Positions 15,001 to 26,838 of a DNA stretch of 64,000 bases are shown piece by piece. Source of the stretch: Lingula anatina (taxonomy: Eukaryota; Animalia; Brachiopoda); contig CM120640.1 in the NCBI GenBank assembly GCA_051362555.1, positions 27,490,503-27,554,502 on the forward strand, read 5' to 3'. Position 1 is the stretch's first letter. Each line of letters begins with the position of its first letter. Both the position numbers and the translations under genes were made by a program. The notes beneath the pieces were generated by a model that saw nothing but the letters and a program-made list of their open reading frames with translations, searched no databases and was not told the origin of the DNA.

Positions 15001-16714
15001 ATAATAAAATATTAGTATCATGGATATTCAGAAAATGTGACGAGAAAAGGTCTTCAGGACCATGGAACTTCAAAGTCACACCTTGAAAATGCCAATATGT
15101 GACAAATTTAATTTTCACAAAAAACTGTTTAACTGCCAGAAAGAATTACCAAACAGACTGCATTGCCTAATTAAACTGTATCTTAGTCCCATGTTTCTTT
15201 CCTGTAAGTTTGAGAACAGTAAGTGACATGGTTTACCTTAAATGGTCATCATGGGAGCAGTGTCCAAAAAAGGGGTTTCTTCAAATTTTGATGCAATATT
15301 ACATAATGTTTAACAGGGTAATAACCAGCAATTTTTAATAATAAAATATTAGTATCATGGATATTCAGAAAATGTGACAAGCAAAGGTCTTCAGGCCCAT
15401 GGAACTTCAAAGTCACACCTTGAAAATGCCAAAATGTAAACAAGACAGCACTGTCCTGAAATGTGTTTTTTTCCATTTTTAACAATTGTTTAACATATGA
15501 CAAAATTAACAGTTTACTGCCATTTTTATATGATCAACTAAGAAAATTGATGACATGGGAAAAATATCAATAGAACAGTGTTTAATGTCCAATTTCCTCC
15601 ATTCCGAGTTTCTGAACATAGTGAATGAATTAATCTGACAAACTGCAATGATATGAGTTTTTTTCCATTTTTGAAACTCTATTATACAATACATGATAAC
15701 AAGTTTACCATCATTTTTACATAATCAACTAACAATGTTTTAAAGTTGCAGGAAATGTCAAACAAACACATTTACATATCTTATTAGTTAAATAATGAGA
15801 CTGTTAACATGCCTAAGAATTGAATCTGAGGAAATGTGAAAAAACAGCATAACTTTTAAAATAATGGCCCCATTATGCTGATTTTCGAACTTGACCTGCG
15901 TTTTAGTAAGATTGATTACTAATGTGAGTTTCATGACAACAGGCCTATGGGTTTTCCTTGAAATGTGTTAACAATGTTGCATATATGCTAAAAAGTGAAA
16001 AAACAGCATAACTACTAAAATAGTGGCCCGATCATGCCGATTTTCGAACTTGACCTGCGTTTTAGTAAGATTGATTACTCCTGTGAGTTTCATGACAACA
16101 GGCCTATCGGTTTTCCTTAAAATGTGTTAACAGGGTTGCATATATGCTGAAAAGTGAAAAAACAGCATAACTTCTACAATAATGGCCCGATCATGCTGAT
16201 TTTCGAACTTGACCTGTGTTTTATGAATATTCATCAGCTCTGTAAATATAAAGCCAAAAAGTAAAACTGCCCTCCACTTATCGTGTTAACAAGGAAAGTG
16301 CACGGCGCCGGCATCGGCGACGGCATCGGCGACGACGGCGACGACAGACGCAGGTGATGGCAATATGTACAGACACATCTGTGTCTGTACATAAAAATTA
16401 TGATTGATTGATGTCTTCTTTTTCAAATTAAGACAAAAAAAAGCATACCTCTAACGATGACAAAATCACCAAAGCGGTTTCCCAGAGATGGGCACACACA
16501 ACAGGATCCATGTCATCTAGATTGTACAGTACAGACTGGGAGATCTTCTCACTGAATTCACTGGCCACAGCAGGGTGGACCTGACATAATGTGGACAGCA
16601 CGGAGTAGAAAGCTCCTCGGATCTGTAATTAACAAAATCATCACAAACTAACAGATGACTGACTGCTTTTTTCTTTTTCTGCCCAAGCTTGGAATATGCC
16701 AAACTCTCTTATTC

Positions 16715-16759
<45 letters not shown>

Positions 16760-19563
16760 GGGGGGGGGGGTATATTTATCTAGGGTCTAGATCCAGGACA
16801 AAGTTAGCTAATAATTAAACTTTCTTTCATTTCTATGGAAATGGAATACTATGGATACTCAATGTAAAAAAACTTACTGTTAGAATAAAATCTGTGTCTA
16901 AAAACATTACTACATAAAATCAACTGTGTCAGATTCTTATACAAATTTTAACAAGTCATCCATCAAGCACAGTGCCACTAAAACTTATGACTTACCATTC
17001 CATTTTGATGTTTTCCTAGGTTTTTCCAAAATTTATTTTCCTTAAGGATTTTCTTGTACTTTTCAAGCAAGCTCTCTTGTTCCTCGGCTGACACCACATT
17101 GATCAACATTCTCCATGCATGGAGAGAGGACATCAACATTCTCTGGTACTTTTGCTCCATCTCTTCTTCTGGGGTGGTCCTTTTAGTAAACACAAGATGG
17201 ATAAGAAAGACAAAGGTTGTATATTTTTGATACAGATATCAGTGGGTTTAAAATAAGAAAAATATATCAGAGTGAGATATCTTAAACAAAGAAATATAAG
17301 ATAGTAGTTCATCAAGAAGGGCACTAAAATGAAAAATAAACAAGTATAGAAAACACTACAAAATCATTTTGATTTTGAGAATTATGAGACTGTAACATCT
17401 GCCACTTCACATTCTGAGAAAGCAATGTTTTAAATGATAAATTTATTATGCAACTGCAAAAATAAAATAAGTTTTATTTGGTACCAGCAGAATGCAAGAA
17501 CTTACTTTGGGTCACTCAATGTTTTAGCTGTCTGGTCTATTAAGTTATCAATTAGATACTGAAGAGGAAAAAAGTATCAGCTCATTCAAATAACCTAAAT
17601 AGATGTATTTCATGTTTATCGCTATTATATTTAATCATATATTTACACTCACACTGCACCTTTTTAAACTGCTAATCATAATCAATTATATAATTTAATA
17701 CATAAATCAAATATCTTTGACAAAATATGAAAATGAAAATAGAAATAAGGTAATTACATTCATAACTTCCTCCTTGCAAAATGCCACAGCATCTGACTGT
17801 TTTGAAACTGGAAAGGCAGCTAGAAAAGCAGCTTTGGCAGCTGATGCTGCTGGGGCATAGGCATCACACTGACTGACTAGCCACACACCCATTAAAGGCT
17901 TGAGGTGGGGAGCTATACTCTTCTTTACTTTCAACAACAACTGCTCAAAAGCATGCTGTGCTGCTTCGCGTACTCGTCTATCATTGTCCTGAAAATATAA
18001 AAGATTTTATTTCTTGTTGATATTTTCTAAATCACACATACGTTTATACCATTTCTTTCTTTTTGTTTACTTTCTTTCTTTTTTTTCTTTTATGATTCAG
18101 CATTTGGTATTACCTTGGGCTTTAAAAGTGCCATTTTCATGAATCCCTCCAATACTTTCATAAAAAAATGCCCTCACTTTCTTATACACTAATGTACAGA
18201 TACATATTTACAGTAGATTTGTCTCCCAATTTTACAGAGTGGAGTCGAAAATGACCCCAAATTTTAAAACTCTTGTGGAAACCCTCATTACCAGTGCAAT
18301 TTTATTATATAGTCGAGGCCAGTAGGGAAGTACACTTTTCACAACTTCTGTATCTTTTTCCTTGCACAGCACACTAAACTCCTGAAGGGCCTGAAACAAA
18401 AGAGAACAATAATATGGACATGAACACAATAGCAAAATTAGCAGAATGCCCAATGCTAATTCTTTGGTTGGCACAATTTTTTTTTCACATTTCTCTTATA
18501 CAGCTGTATGTTTATGTGGCTGAATGGACTTTCCAGGCTGGACCTTACATAACTGTCCTACTACGTAAAATATTTGTAGTTTGTATAAAAACCTTGAGCT
18601 TTGTGGTTGTATCTCTTTTGGACAGTTTCCTCAGCACCATTCTGAAGTCTGGATCCACACTGCTATCTGCCTCATCAGTTGCGCCAGCAGCAGGTACATA
18701 GCCCAGGTCCCCAGACAGTGTCTGGAACCCAACAAACCCATGGACATTGCCTCCACTACTTGCTGCTAAGAGCTCGGCTGCACGTCCACTACTAGAGGGC
18801 TAGAAATAGAAAAAAAATACAAAAAGTACATCTGTAAAAGTGACATGTACAGGATCTAGCTGTGGATTATCTAAGACAAACTTTTTATGTTGGAAAAAAA
18901 AAACAGTAAGATTGTATGTGTTAAAACAGCACATCATACAGCATCATTTGTAGGTAAGATTCTGTTTATCACAAAAATATATGTGAGAACAAATACACAA
19001 AGTGACTTAATATACCGCAAGTTGTTTGCCTCCATCATTTACTTGGTGTATTTTATTTCCTTAAATCAAGTCTTACTGCCAATGCTACTAAACAGATGTC
19101 AGTGATAATACACTGTAGATACGGAGCCTTGTTTGTGGTTAATCCGGGCCAGTACATAGGCAAATACAACTGTAATGTATTGCAAAGAACAGACATGGCT
19201 ATAATTTACAGTACTTGTTGTACCTGTACAGTATGCCTGCACCTCTGTACAGTATACATGTACATACATAATGTATACCCTCTACCAGGGTCTCAGTTAT
19301 TATTGTGGACATTTTTTCTGAATCGACATCAGACCAAAATGACCGTCTATTTATTTAGAGACCTATCTGTGAATATCTGTGAAAAAAAATCAATCTGTCG
19401 CCCTGGTAGAGGGTACATGATGTGCATGTGCTGAGTACCGTGTAAGTTGGAAATTGTGAGAAAATATTTATTATAATTTTACTTGTGGACTTCAATCAGC
19501 TGTTATACTCACCCTGACGTTTCCTTTAGTACGCTGGGCATGCTGTTTCTTGCCTCCTGGCAT
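94..19563 (-). CDS. LTN1: E3 ubiquitin-protein ligase listerin, 5' part (21 exons, ~1220 aa; RWD/RING C-terminus lies beyond the left edge)
   Basis: N-terminus [17 protein letters not shown]|[12 protein letters not shown]...[22 protein letters not shown]|ALQEF...[11 protein letters not shown]|DNDRRVREA matches the conserved listerin N-terminal domain. Exons, all GT-AG and phase-consistent: 19513-19563, 18593-18799, 18292-18390, 17758-17988, 17506-17558, 16996-17179, 16449-16622, 12846-13036, 12128-12266, 5084-5689, 4696-4863, 4291-4522, 3646-3803, 3287-3368, 2686-2839, 2200-2368, 1674-1919, 1286-1404, 759-863, 416-558, 94-247. Confidence 0.93.
3969..4239. mobile_element. Tc1/mariner-like MITE
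   Basis: ~60-bp imperfect terminal inverted repeats (C(A/T)GCGCT(T/C)TGTTAGTATCATATTAAC...) flanked by TA on both sides. Confidence 0.65.
8719..10800 (+). CDS. TRIM2/TRIM3-like tripartite motif protein (RING, B-box, coiled coil, filamin-like Ig, degenerate NHL propeller), 693 aa, intronless CDS nested in LTN1 intron 9
   Basis: Uninterrupted 693-codon ORF. C3HC4 RING (CPLC...CHHTFCLHC...CPTCR), B-box2 (CRRH...[12 protein letters not shown]...H), heptad-rich helix, filamin-like [11 protein letters not shown], and NHL-like [22 protein letters not shown] start context, with a splice acceptor just upstream (~8695) and a candidate 5'UTR donor at ~8358. Confidence 0.92.
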   Translation: MATNGASVIQDEFLTCPLCMNDFDYDKHQPKILHCHHTFCLHCLDQLLKNNSLPCPTCRGVMQIPAGDANKIPSDFRISRLMELFGSNKAEESDQAENCCRRHANQGLFFYCKTCSVPVCRECTVLDHNKSEGHNLVDFETTKAEILSTLKENMAKLHKVALTTQNHLQKLETEISAVDAVEEASYKESELAFNTWVKMLEERKGELKENIKKEHGEKIAKLSLLKHELNKQAASATEIQEKLETMTKELNAGKSLSSNLTDLIKKVDLLAKKAGGRISFGQNSFHIDASQGLTNFKTAVNSLGMLKSEGHLPSHFSFESSKSVACLKSTVTMTAYDSNHQRLPKLPLSLDVWSIDIAGDNEENLVIKEQTKTNVKPDKSDISGSYTFTVRPNFCGIHKCQARLSDQLLAIADYIFVAEANLPIKTLREGFHYPLAVCKAEKGAIVVVDKEKKTGQFAKFADETGAITKSFKLDAAKEELVLHIAYNSKKKELVCMRVREAEDGADIPKGNTINIYAEDGKMIKEITHPSLKSAIFFSLGQDGRIYVTDESQKIIVFDSNGVFEKNIKFKSNIMAFASGNRAFVAIKTNGIEILDQEGSFVREILSFKVRKSSVRKIMAPAAAAADSYGQVLVADIVSDDQVTVHIYNMEGKFEGCIDNISQYYPIGRLSITDDGLLLIPNTKKKCIDIFKYM
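10876..11031. mobile_element. hAT-type MITE, copy 1 (in the probable TRIM 3'UTR)
   Basis: CAGTGTT...AATACTG termini, homologous to 49934-50089. Degenerate 8-bp flanks AATACTAC/ATTACTAA. Confidence 0.75.
11853..12073. mobile_element. Small inverted-repeat element (MITE-like)
   Basis: ~40-bp inverted arms TATCTGCA..TCCACGATACTGG.TAACAACA.TGGG at both ends. Confidence 0.55.
13153..16397. mobile_element. Helentron-associated (DINE-1/pearl-like) non-autonomous element with internal ~160-bp tandem repeats, partly duplicated in tandem
   Basis: Starts AACAAGG...ATGTACAGACA. Two homologous blocks (~14062-15006 and ~15439-16397), each with three ~160-bp units (AAAACAGCATAAC...GAACTTGACCTG...), a GACG-rich microsatellite, and a terminal hairpin TATGTACAGACACATCTGTGTCTGTACATA followed by an A-rich tail. 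Confidence 0.65.
19278..19413. mobile_element. Tc1/mariner-like MITE in LTN1 intron 1
   Basis: Perfect TIR CCCTCTACCAGGG...CCCTGGTAGAGGG flanked by TA on both sides. Confidence 0.7.
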
Positions 19564-19926
19564 TATGATGAAATCTTGTCTTGTTCTTGTTCTTTTATTC
19601 AAATGTTTATAGGTAAGGTTAGCACACTGTATGGTGGTGAAATCGTGTACTGCCGTAATCCTTCCCACAATGCTTTAATTTGACCTATTTTGGAGCCACC
19701 AATATTCACACGTGCATTTCTGGTAGTTGTTATCAAATTTCCATATACTCTTATTAACAATAGATTTTACTGCACACATCCTCCGTGATAAGCAAATGAG
19801 ACATTTACAAAGTGAAGAGTAAGATTCCATTACTCTGAATAACGTAGATTATAAAAATAACAAAAAATTGTAAACAATCTAATTCAATTGACCCAATTTC
19901 CAATTTGTTTCAAAGTGGCAGGAACC
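19564..19926. promoter_or_regulatory. Bidirectional promoter region LTN1/NT5DC1
   Basis: Divergent ATGs ~363 bp apart. ZNF143/Staf-like TTCCCACAATGC (19662-19673), CCAAT (19699) and E-box CACGTG (19709). Confidence 0.6.
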
Positions 19927-22900
19927 ATGTTATTTGACTTGTCAGAGTACGATGCCGTTGGCTTTGATCTCGACCATACTCTGGCAAAATACAAAGTGCC
20001 CGAGATGATGAGTGTAAGTGCTTCACATATCTTGCATTTAATCTTTTCAATATGAAACCACTTCTTTGTTCATTGTTCATTTGCGCTTATACCGTTACCT
20101 GCAGTGTAGCTTTCTCGGACAATGAATACGCTTTGAGCCCTAGGCTACATGTATCTTTTCTCTTTTTCCAGCTGCACGCCCATACCATACAATTAACACA
20201 TAAGTTTTTAATACTTTATATAGCACATATATAAACGTTTGTTAAAATGGACACATTTGTGGTAAAATTTTTCAATTTCTTTGAAAAGTACAATGTACAT
20301 TTGCTGCCTGTCTTTCTCTAAACTTATATATGGTGTCATATCACTCCAGGTTAGTCTATTGCCCTATTCAACACCCATTAACTTATAATTGCAGACTTGT
20401 TAAATGCTTCACTTCCTATCCCTTACAAAAATTTCCTATAGGATCCTATAGGATTCCTATAGGATCCTATAGGAAATCTTATAGGATCCTATAGGGCACA
20501 TTTCCTATAGGATTTCCTATAGGATCCTATAGGAAATTTTTGTAAGTTAAAATCTTGAGAAAAATGCATATCTTATAAACATATATCATTCTAAACAATA
20601 GATATTTGATATAGGTCCATTTTATCAGTTGAATTGTCAATTATATATCACTATTAAAGCAAAAATGCTTTTTATTGTTTATAATGCACAATCTTATAGT
20701 CTTCTATAGGATTCTATAGAAATTCTTTAATTTCTTTTTTAAAGAATTTTTGAAAAAAATTGATCATTTTAAAGTAATCTTTTATAGAGAAATATTTTAT
20801 CATTAGGAATGTTTTTGTACCAAATCATTGAAGCTGATTTTTTTAAAATTCATGTTCAGACCATTACAAAAATCTTATAGGAATTTCTATAGGAACCTAT
20901 AGGAAATCCTATGCTAATATAATTCATTTAGGGAATTTTTATAAGCCAGGTTGAATGAAAAATAATGAATCTGGTTTAAATATCAGTATATGATTTTGAT
21001 TTTTAATTTATGTTCAGACCATCAAAAAATTCCTAAAGGATGCTATAGGAAATCTTATAGGAATTTCTATAGGAACCTATAGGAAATCCTATGTTAATCC
21101 ATATTAATTGTGAATTTTTATTAGGCCAGGTTGAATGAAAAATAATGAAACTGGTCTAAATATCAGTATATAATGTATTTTTACTTTTTGTGTGATCATA
21201 TTCACTTCATATTTCATATTTATTGAAAGTCAACCTTATCTAATCAGACTGTACTTGACCTTGGCTGTTGTGAAAGTGCAATCCTGCCTAATATATAAAA
21301 TATAATGTAAAAGTAAGTGAACATTTAGGGTATAGTACTAGCTGTCCCTCATAAAGGATGGGAAACAAGGACAAATTAATGTTTATAAAGATAAATTTTA
21401 TGCTCAATCACTTGTAAGATTTAACAGTCAACTCAGGCCCGTAGCCAGGGGGGGTTCGGGGGTTCGAAAGAACCGCCCCTTTTGCTGGAAAAAGGTCCAC
21501 TCTGGGTAAAATTTGATCTAGGTACATGAAGTTTTTATGGGAAAAGGTCCACTTTTTCAGAAAAAGAACCCCCCTTTTGAAATTGCTGGCTACGGGCCTG
21601 CAACTGATGTTAGCTAGAGAATGCCCTACTCCACCAACCATAACCATAGATTCAACAACTGTGAATTTCTTTTGTTAGCTTGGCACCTATTATTAGGTCA
21701 CTACTCCTGTAGCTATTGTTACACTAGTAACAGTAACCGCCTATTAGGTGTTATCAGATGTGTGGTATCCTGTCTAAGTCTTTGTTTATATGAGACAAGC
21801 AGCAAATGAGTGTACAGCTATCAAGCCAGTTTAAATTCAGGAGCATAGTGGAAGGGTACAGAGTGTAGAAAAATCAGATTGAGGAAGGTATGTATTACAG
21901 TAATGCATTGGATCATTTGGGCATCTAATCAAATTGAAAATGAGATGATTGATCTAATTTGTAGTGTACCTTGTAAACATCATATCTATATTACATTAAA
22001 CAAGTTATAATTTATAAAGTATAGCTTCCCTTTTAGCCAACAAAGAAATACTGTTTATTCTCTTTATTTCTTATAAAACTGTGATCAATTGCTCATCAAA
22101 ATATTTCTATAAATGCAGTTGAATCTAAAAAAAAATTACATTTCATATAACTTTTGGTTTGTGATTTATTAAAAATTATCTATTAATGTTATCCACAACT
22201 GCCTCAAAGGAACCATCATGATATAGTATAACTGAGAAAGACCTATGCTAATAAATAACATACAATTAACATGTTAGAGAGGCTGTCAGGGCAAATTTCA
22301 TTACCTCACATGTTCTTCAGGATCGTTTGTTTGCCGAGTTTTCTTTTCATTTAATTTCTTTTCAACCATAAATGTGAGGTAAACACCATAGTTTGTTTAA
22401 AAATATTTTTTGCTTACCTATACATATTGGAAATGAAATGTGCATTGTGAAAATCTGACCATTTTGCTTACACGGAAGCTATAAATTTTAACTTGGAGTT
22501 GCTTTTTTTGTGGTTTGGATTGATGATTTAAGTCAAGCAAAGACTGGTCAGAATATAGGGAATTACTGTTTACCCTCGGAAATTAGTTTTCCATGAGTTT
22601 TTGAGACTTTTTTTGGCCCTGACAGCTCTGTAATGGCCCAATTGCATATTTAACCAGAGTAGAGTTTTCTCCACTGCTGATTTCTGCATTTTAAAATTCG
22701 TTTCTGATTGTTCCTGTGGGCTTGGTTCTATGAAATATGTTCAAGTTCTTAAAATTTTTTTTTTACAAATTATCCAGCTTTAATACCTTGTCTTTGAAAA
22801 AAAAACAGTTAACTAATAAAGGCTATGAAATGCTCAAAATAAAATTGGTGCAATGATTATTATTGATCTCATTAGAAAATTTTTCCTTCATCATTTTGCA

Positions 22901-25900
22901 TTTTTGTAGACATGTACAATTAATTGAAATTCACAATGTTTTTCTTTTAGATTGTGTCTGCAAATGGTTCAACACAACTAAGACGGAGTTTAAGAAGACT
23001 ATCACAGTAAAGTTGAACAATGTGCAAAAGACTTTTGTCTAAAATTCTTCAATTATTAAGTGACTAAAGCAGTATGCTGACAATGTACACAATCTGGCCA
23101 AGGGAGGTTTTAGCCACTCATTCTGGCAGGAGTTCGAACGCACACAAGAAAAAGACAGTGATGCCACAGCTTGACAAGACATAGTTGATCCTTGTGATAA
23201 CTTATAGAACTTATAATTCAAAAGCAGTAGCAGCATCGTTAAATTTGCAAAAATCTATGAAACAATTCTCTAGTAAGCTGGTTGCATAGCATACTGTGGA
23301 ATATGTACATTTATACATTTTTATATATTGAATAAAGAATGTAAACATGATACTCTCTTTTGTTTTGAGGGACCAGTGCCTATAACCAATTTTGCCTAAG
23401 TTCCAACAATATATAAAAAGCTGTAAAAATATTCAAAACAGTTAATATAAATTTCTATAGGTTCCTATAAGATTTCCTATAGGATCCTATAAGATTTCCT
23501 ATAGGATCCTATAGGAAATCGGGCCAATTTCCTATAGGAACCTATAGGAAATTCTATAGGATCCTATAGGAAATTCTATAGGATCCTATAGGAAATCTTA
23601 TAGGATCCTATAGGAAATTGGGCCAATTTCCTATAGGAACCTATAGGAAATTCTATAGGATCCTATAGGATATTCTATAGGATCCTATAGGAAATTGGGC
23701 CAATTTCCTATAGGAACCTATAGGAAATTCTATAGGATCCTATAGGAAATTTCCTATAGGAATCCTATAGGAAATTTTCGTAAGGGATCTCAACAGGACC
23801 TTAATTTGCAGCTTTGATGCCTTCTGTAGTCTACAGCCAACTCTTGTTTTGCTGTTATTCAAGATCAATTTTTTTATTGTCTGTTCACCAGTTCACAAAA
23901 GATTTTACCAATTGTCTTTCTCATTATCATGCCTTTCTCATTATCATGAATAACTGTAGATCAAGATATTGTGTCATCCACAAACTTCATTAAAAATGTT
24001 TTCTCTTAGATCACTAGCAATGAACACAATTCAGTGTAAATAGTTTGTTAAAACGTGGCATGCCAGTGTGTTAAAACTATATATTGTCTCTGAAAACTTG
24101 AGATGTACACAAGTCTCAACTTACTGCACCCACCTGAGAAGTGGGTCGGGCACACCTTTGGCATGTAGCTTAATTCCTCAACAAAATATGTTTATTAATG
24201 ACGTCAAATGGCTTTGAAAAGTCCAAGAAGATTTTGGCATACAATTTGCACTTTTGAGAAGGCTGTACAAGACCTTGTGTCCAATATTAATGAGTTCAGT
24301 CATGGTATGTGTCATATGGAGCTGCCCTTGACTACTCTGGACTGTCTTCTGTCAAAGTTGATATATACCCCAATCCATATGGCAACAAACAATTCTAACA
24401 TATTGCTGTACATGTACATATAAGTAAATATTTTTACCAATAGACTTTGGAGGAGAGGTTTAGGAAATGAAGTGACACCTGCTGATTTCCACATATTCAA
24501 GACAAAAATCTCTGTCCCTTATGCTATTGAATCGGCACGTATTGGCTTGGCAAGAACACCTGTGAATGTTATGGAAAATGGACTATGGTTTACAAGGTCA
24601 AAGATGGTCCAGTCTCAAGACATGTCCTTCTTCATTTTATACACCCACCTCCAAAAAAAAACCTGGTTATTTTGTATGTGCACAAACTGATAATTTCCTT
24701 TGTTTTTTTTTTTTTTTTGTTTTTGTTTTTGTTTTTTTTTTACAGAATTCTAAAAAATTAATGCAAGATGTAAAGCAAATACATACAACATTAGTATTTT
24801 ATTTCTTTTAGCTTTCTTTTGATGCTGTGGTGCAGTATCTAGTAAAAGAGAAAGGTTATGATGAAGAGCTGTGTAGGCCTTTTAGTGAAGATGAAGATTT
24901 TTGGTGAGTTTGTATGTTAAAATTTATATATATTTTTTAATATGTTTGTTATTTTTCAAATTGTATGTTATCATTTTTATACCAAATTAAGCTCCATTGA
25001 CACGATGCTCAGTCAGCCTTATGAAGCCCAAACATAATAAAGGAATGTGCAGCAGCAGCATCTTTAATACTGTAATGGTTTGAATTTTGAAAGAGACAAA
25101 CTACATGATTTGTGACAAATAACAAACAGGAATATGTGTTAATTGTATTTTCTGCTGGGGAGGGTAAAAATAAGTTTCATCATGTGCACAGTTTTCCAGG
25201 TAATCAGTCCCTTGTTAAGGACTGTCATTTGTAGTAACCAGGAGTGTCAGGTCACTTTTGCCCAAGGGACTTCTTTTTTCACCTTTTATGAACAAATGTT
25301 TTGAATAAAGACACAAGCTCCTGTGGATGATAAAGTCACTACATAGTAATTTAACTCTTCATGTAACTCATTTCTCTCTTGAATAAACTTTTCTATCATA
25401 TTGCCATTTCAGCACAAAGGGTTTAATATATGACAAAATCAAAGGGAACTTTTTGAAGTTGGATGAAAATGGAAAAATTCTAAGGTAGGAGTGGCTGGTT
25501 TCATAGCTAAAAGTAGAGGATATATGTTTTGGATATGGTATTAGAAGAGGAGCAAAATACATTTAACATCCCTATTTTACATACAGACACAGTTTATTTT
25601 GGCAATGTTGCCCTCAAAAGTGCCTTTTTTTTTTCAAATCAAAGTTGCTGATTGGGTTTCTTTGGTAAAATTCAGTGTATTTCCAAGATTTGCTGTCTAT
25701 TCCATTAAATAATTTTTTAAAAAAATGTATGCAAATTTATGGGTTTCCTGACTTTCCTGCCCTGAGCTTCTGACACTCACATTGAAAAACCTGTTTTCAT
25801 ATAAATTACTTAAGTTGGCATCTCTAAATATAGATGTCGCCTTCATAACCACAGCAGCCATGAAATAAAAGTGGTCTGTTTCTGTGAAAACGCACAATTT

Positions 25901-26807
25901 GATAGCTGAGCAACCATGATGCCAAATAAAGGTCACAGTGTGATGAAAAAAAAAATGCATATTGATATAGTGATGTATAAATAAACAAACCATCATTCTT
26001 GATAAGATCCAAAGCTCAGGGTATGGGTTAGTACATGAACCAAGAAACCTTGCACCCCATTCTCATAGATTAGATCGACCTACATTGGATCGACCTAACT
26101 CCCTGGGGGTTCACGCTAAATAGCTGTCAGCCGGGCGGACACGAAAGTTAATTACCCCTTAAAGCTTGTAGTAGGCGGGGACGGACACTTAAGGGGGATT
26201 ATCTGACAGTAATCTAGTGAGACTCCCCGCGGTGATAGATCGATCTAAAAGTTGTGAGAACAGAGCCTTGGTTCCACTGCCACGTTGAATATTTGCATTA
26301 TTTATTACTCTTTCAAGAAACATGTTTTGTCAATATTATGCTGGTGAGACAGCTTACACTCGCTCATATTGTATATTAATATATCATTATCTCATTACTG
26401 AAAGCATAAATATGTAGTGTATTTTATTTTATTTTGTGTAGTTGTACAAAAATTAACAGGATGAAGAATGGACCTTATATTCTGTTCCAACTGTTTGCAT
26501 TAAAGTTATAAATTTTTTCTTACATTAAAAAAATTCATATGCAAATTTCAAACCTTGTGCCCTGGGTATCTTATTTTTCTTTCTTTCTTTATTTTTTTGT
26601 AACTGAGAAGATATAGGTACTAGTATATAGATTCAACAAGTTGGCCATATATTATTATAGGGCAAGTCATGGGACACGCTTTATGACTGATGCTGACATT
26701 GAGGAAGTATTTGGAAAAAGCAGAAAATGGGAGCACAGTGATGAATTGATGGGTTCAGTGAACAATGCAGGTGATTGGAAGAATAAAAACTCCTTTCCTA
26801 CTCTTTT

Positions 26808-26838
<31 letters not shown>

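Noticed and set aside
14460-16230. ~160-bp repeats as a CRISPR array or coding repeat
   Set aside because: Whole units are repeated with no spacers and no sustained ORF. They are part of a non-autonomous element.
23455-23775. CRISPR-like regularly spaced palindromic repeats
   Set aside because: No unique spacers, no cas genes, and a eukaryotic intron context. Explained as transposon subterminal repeats.
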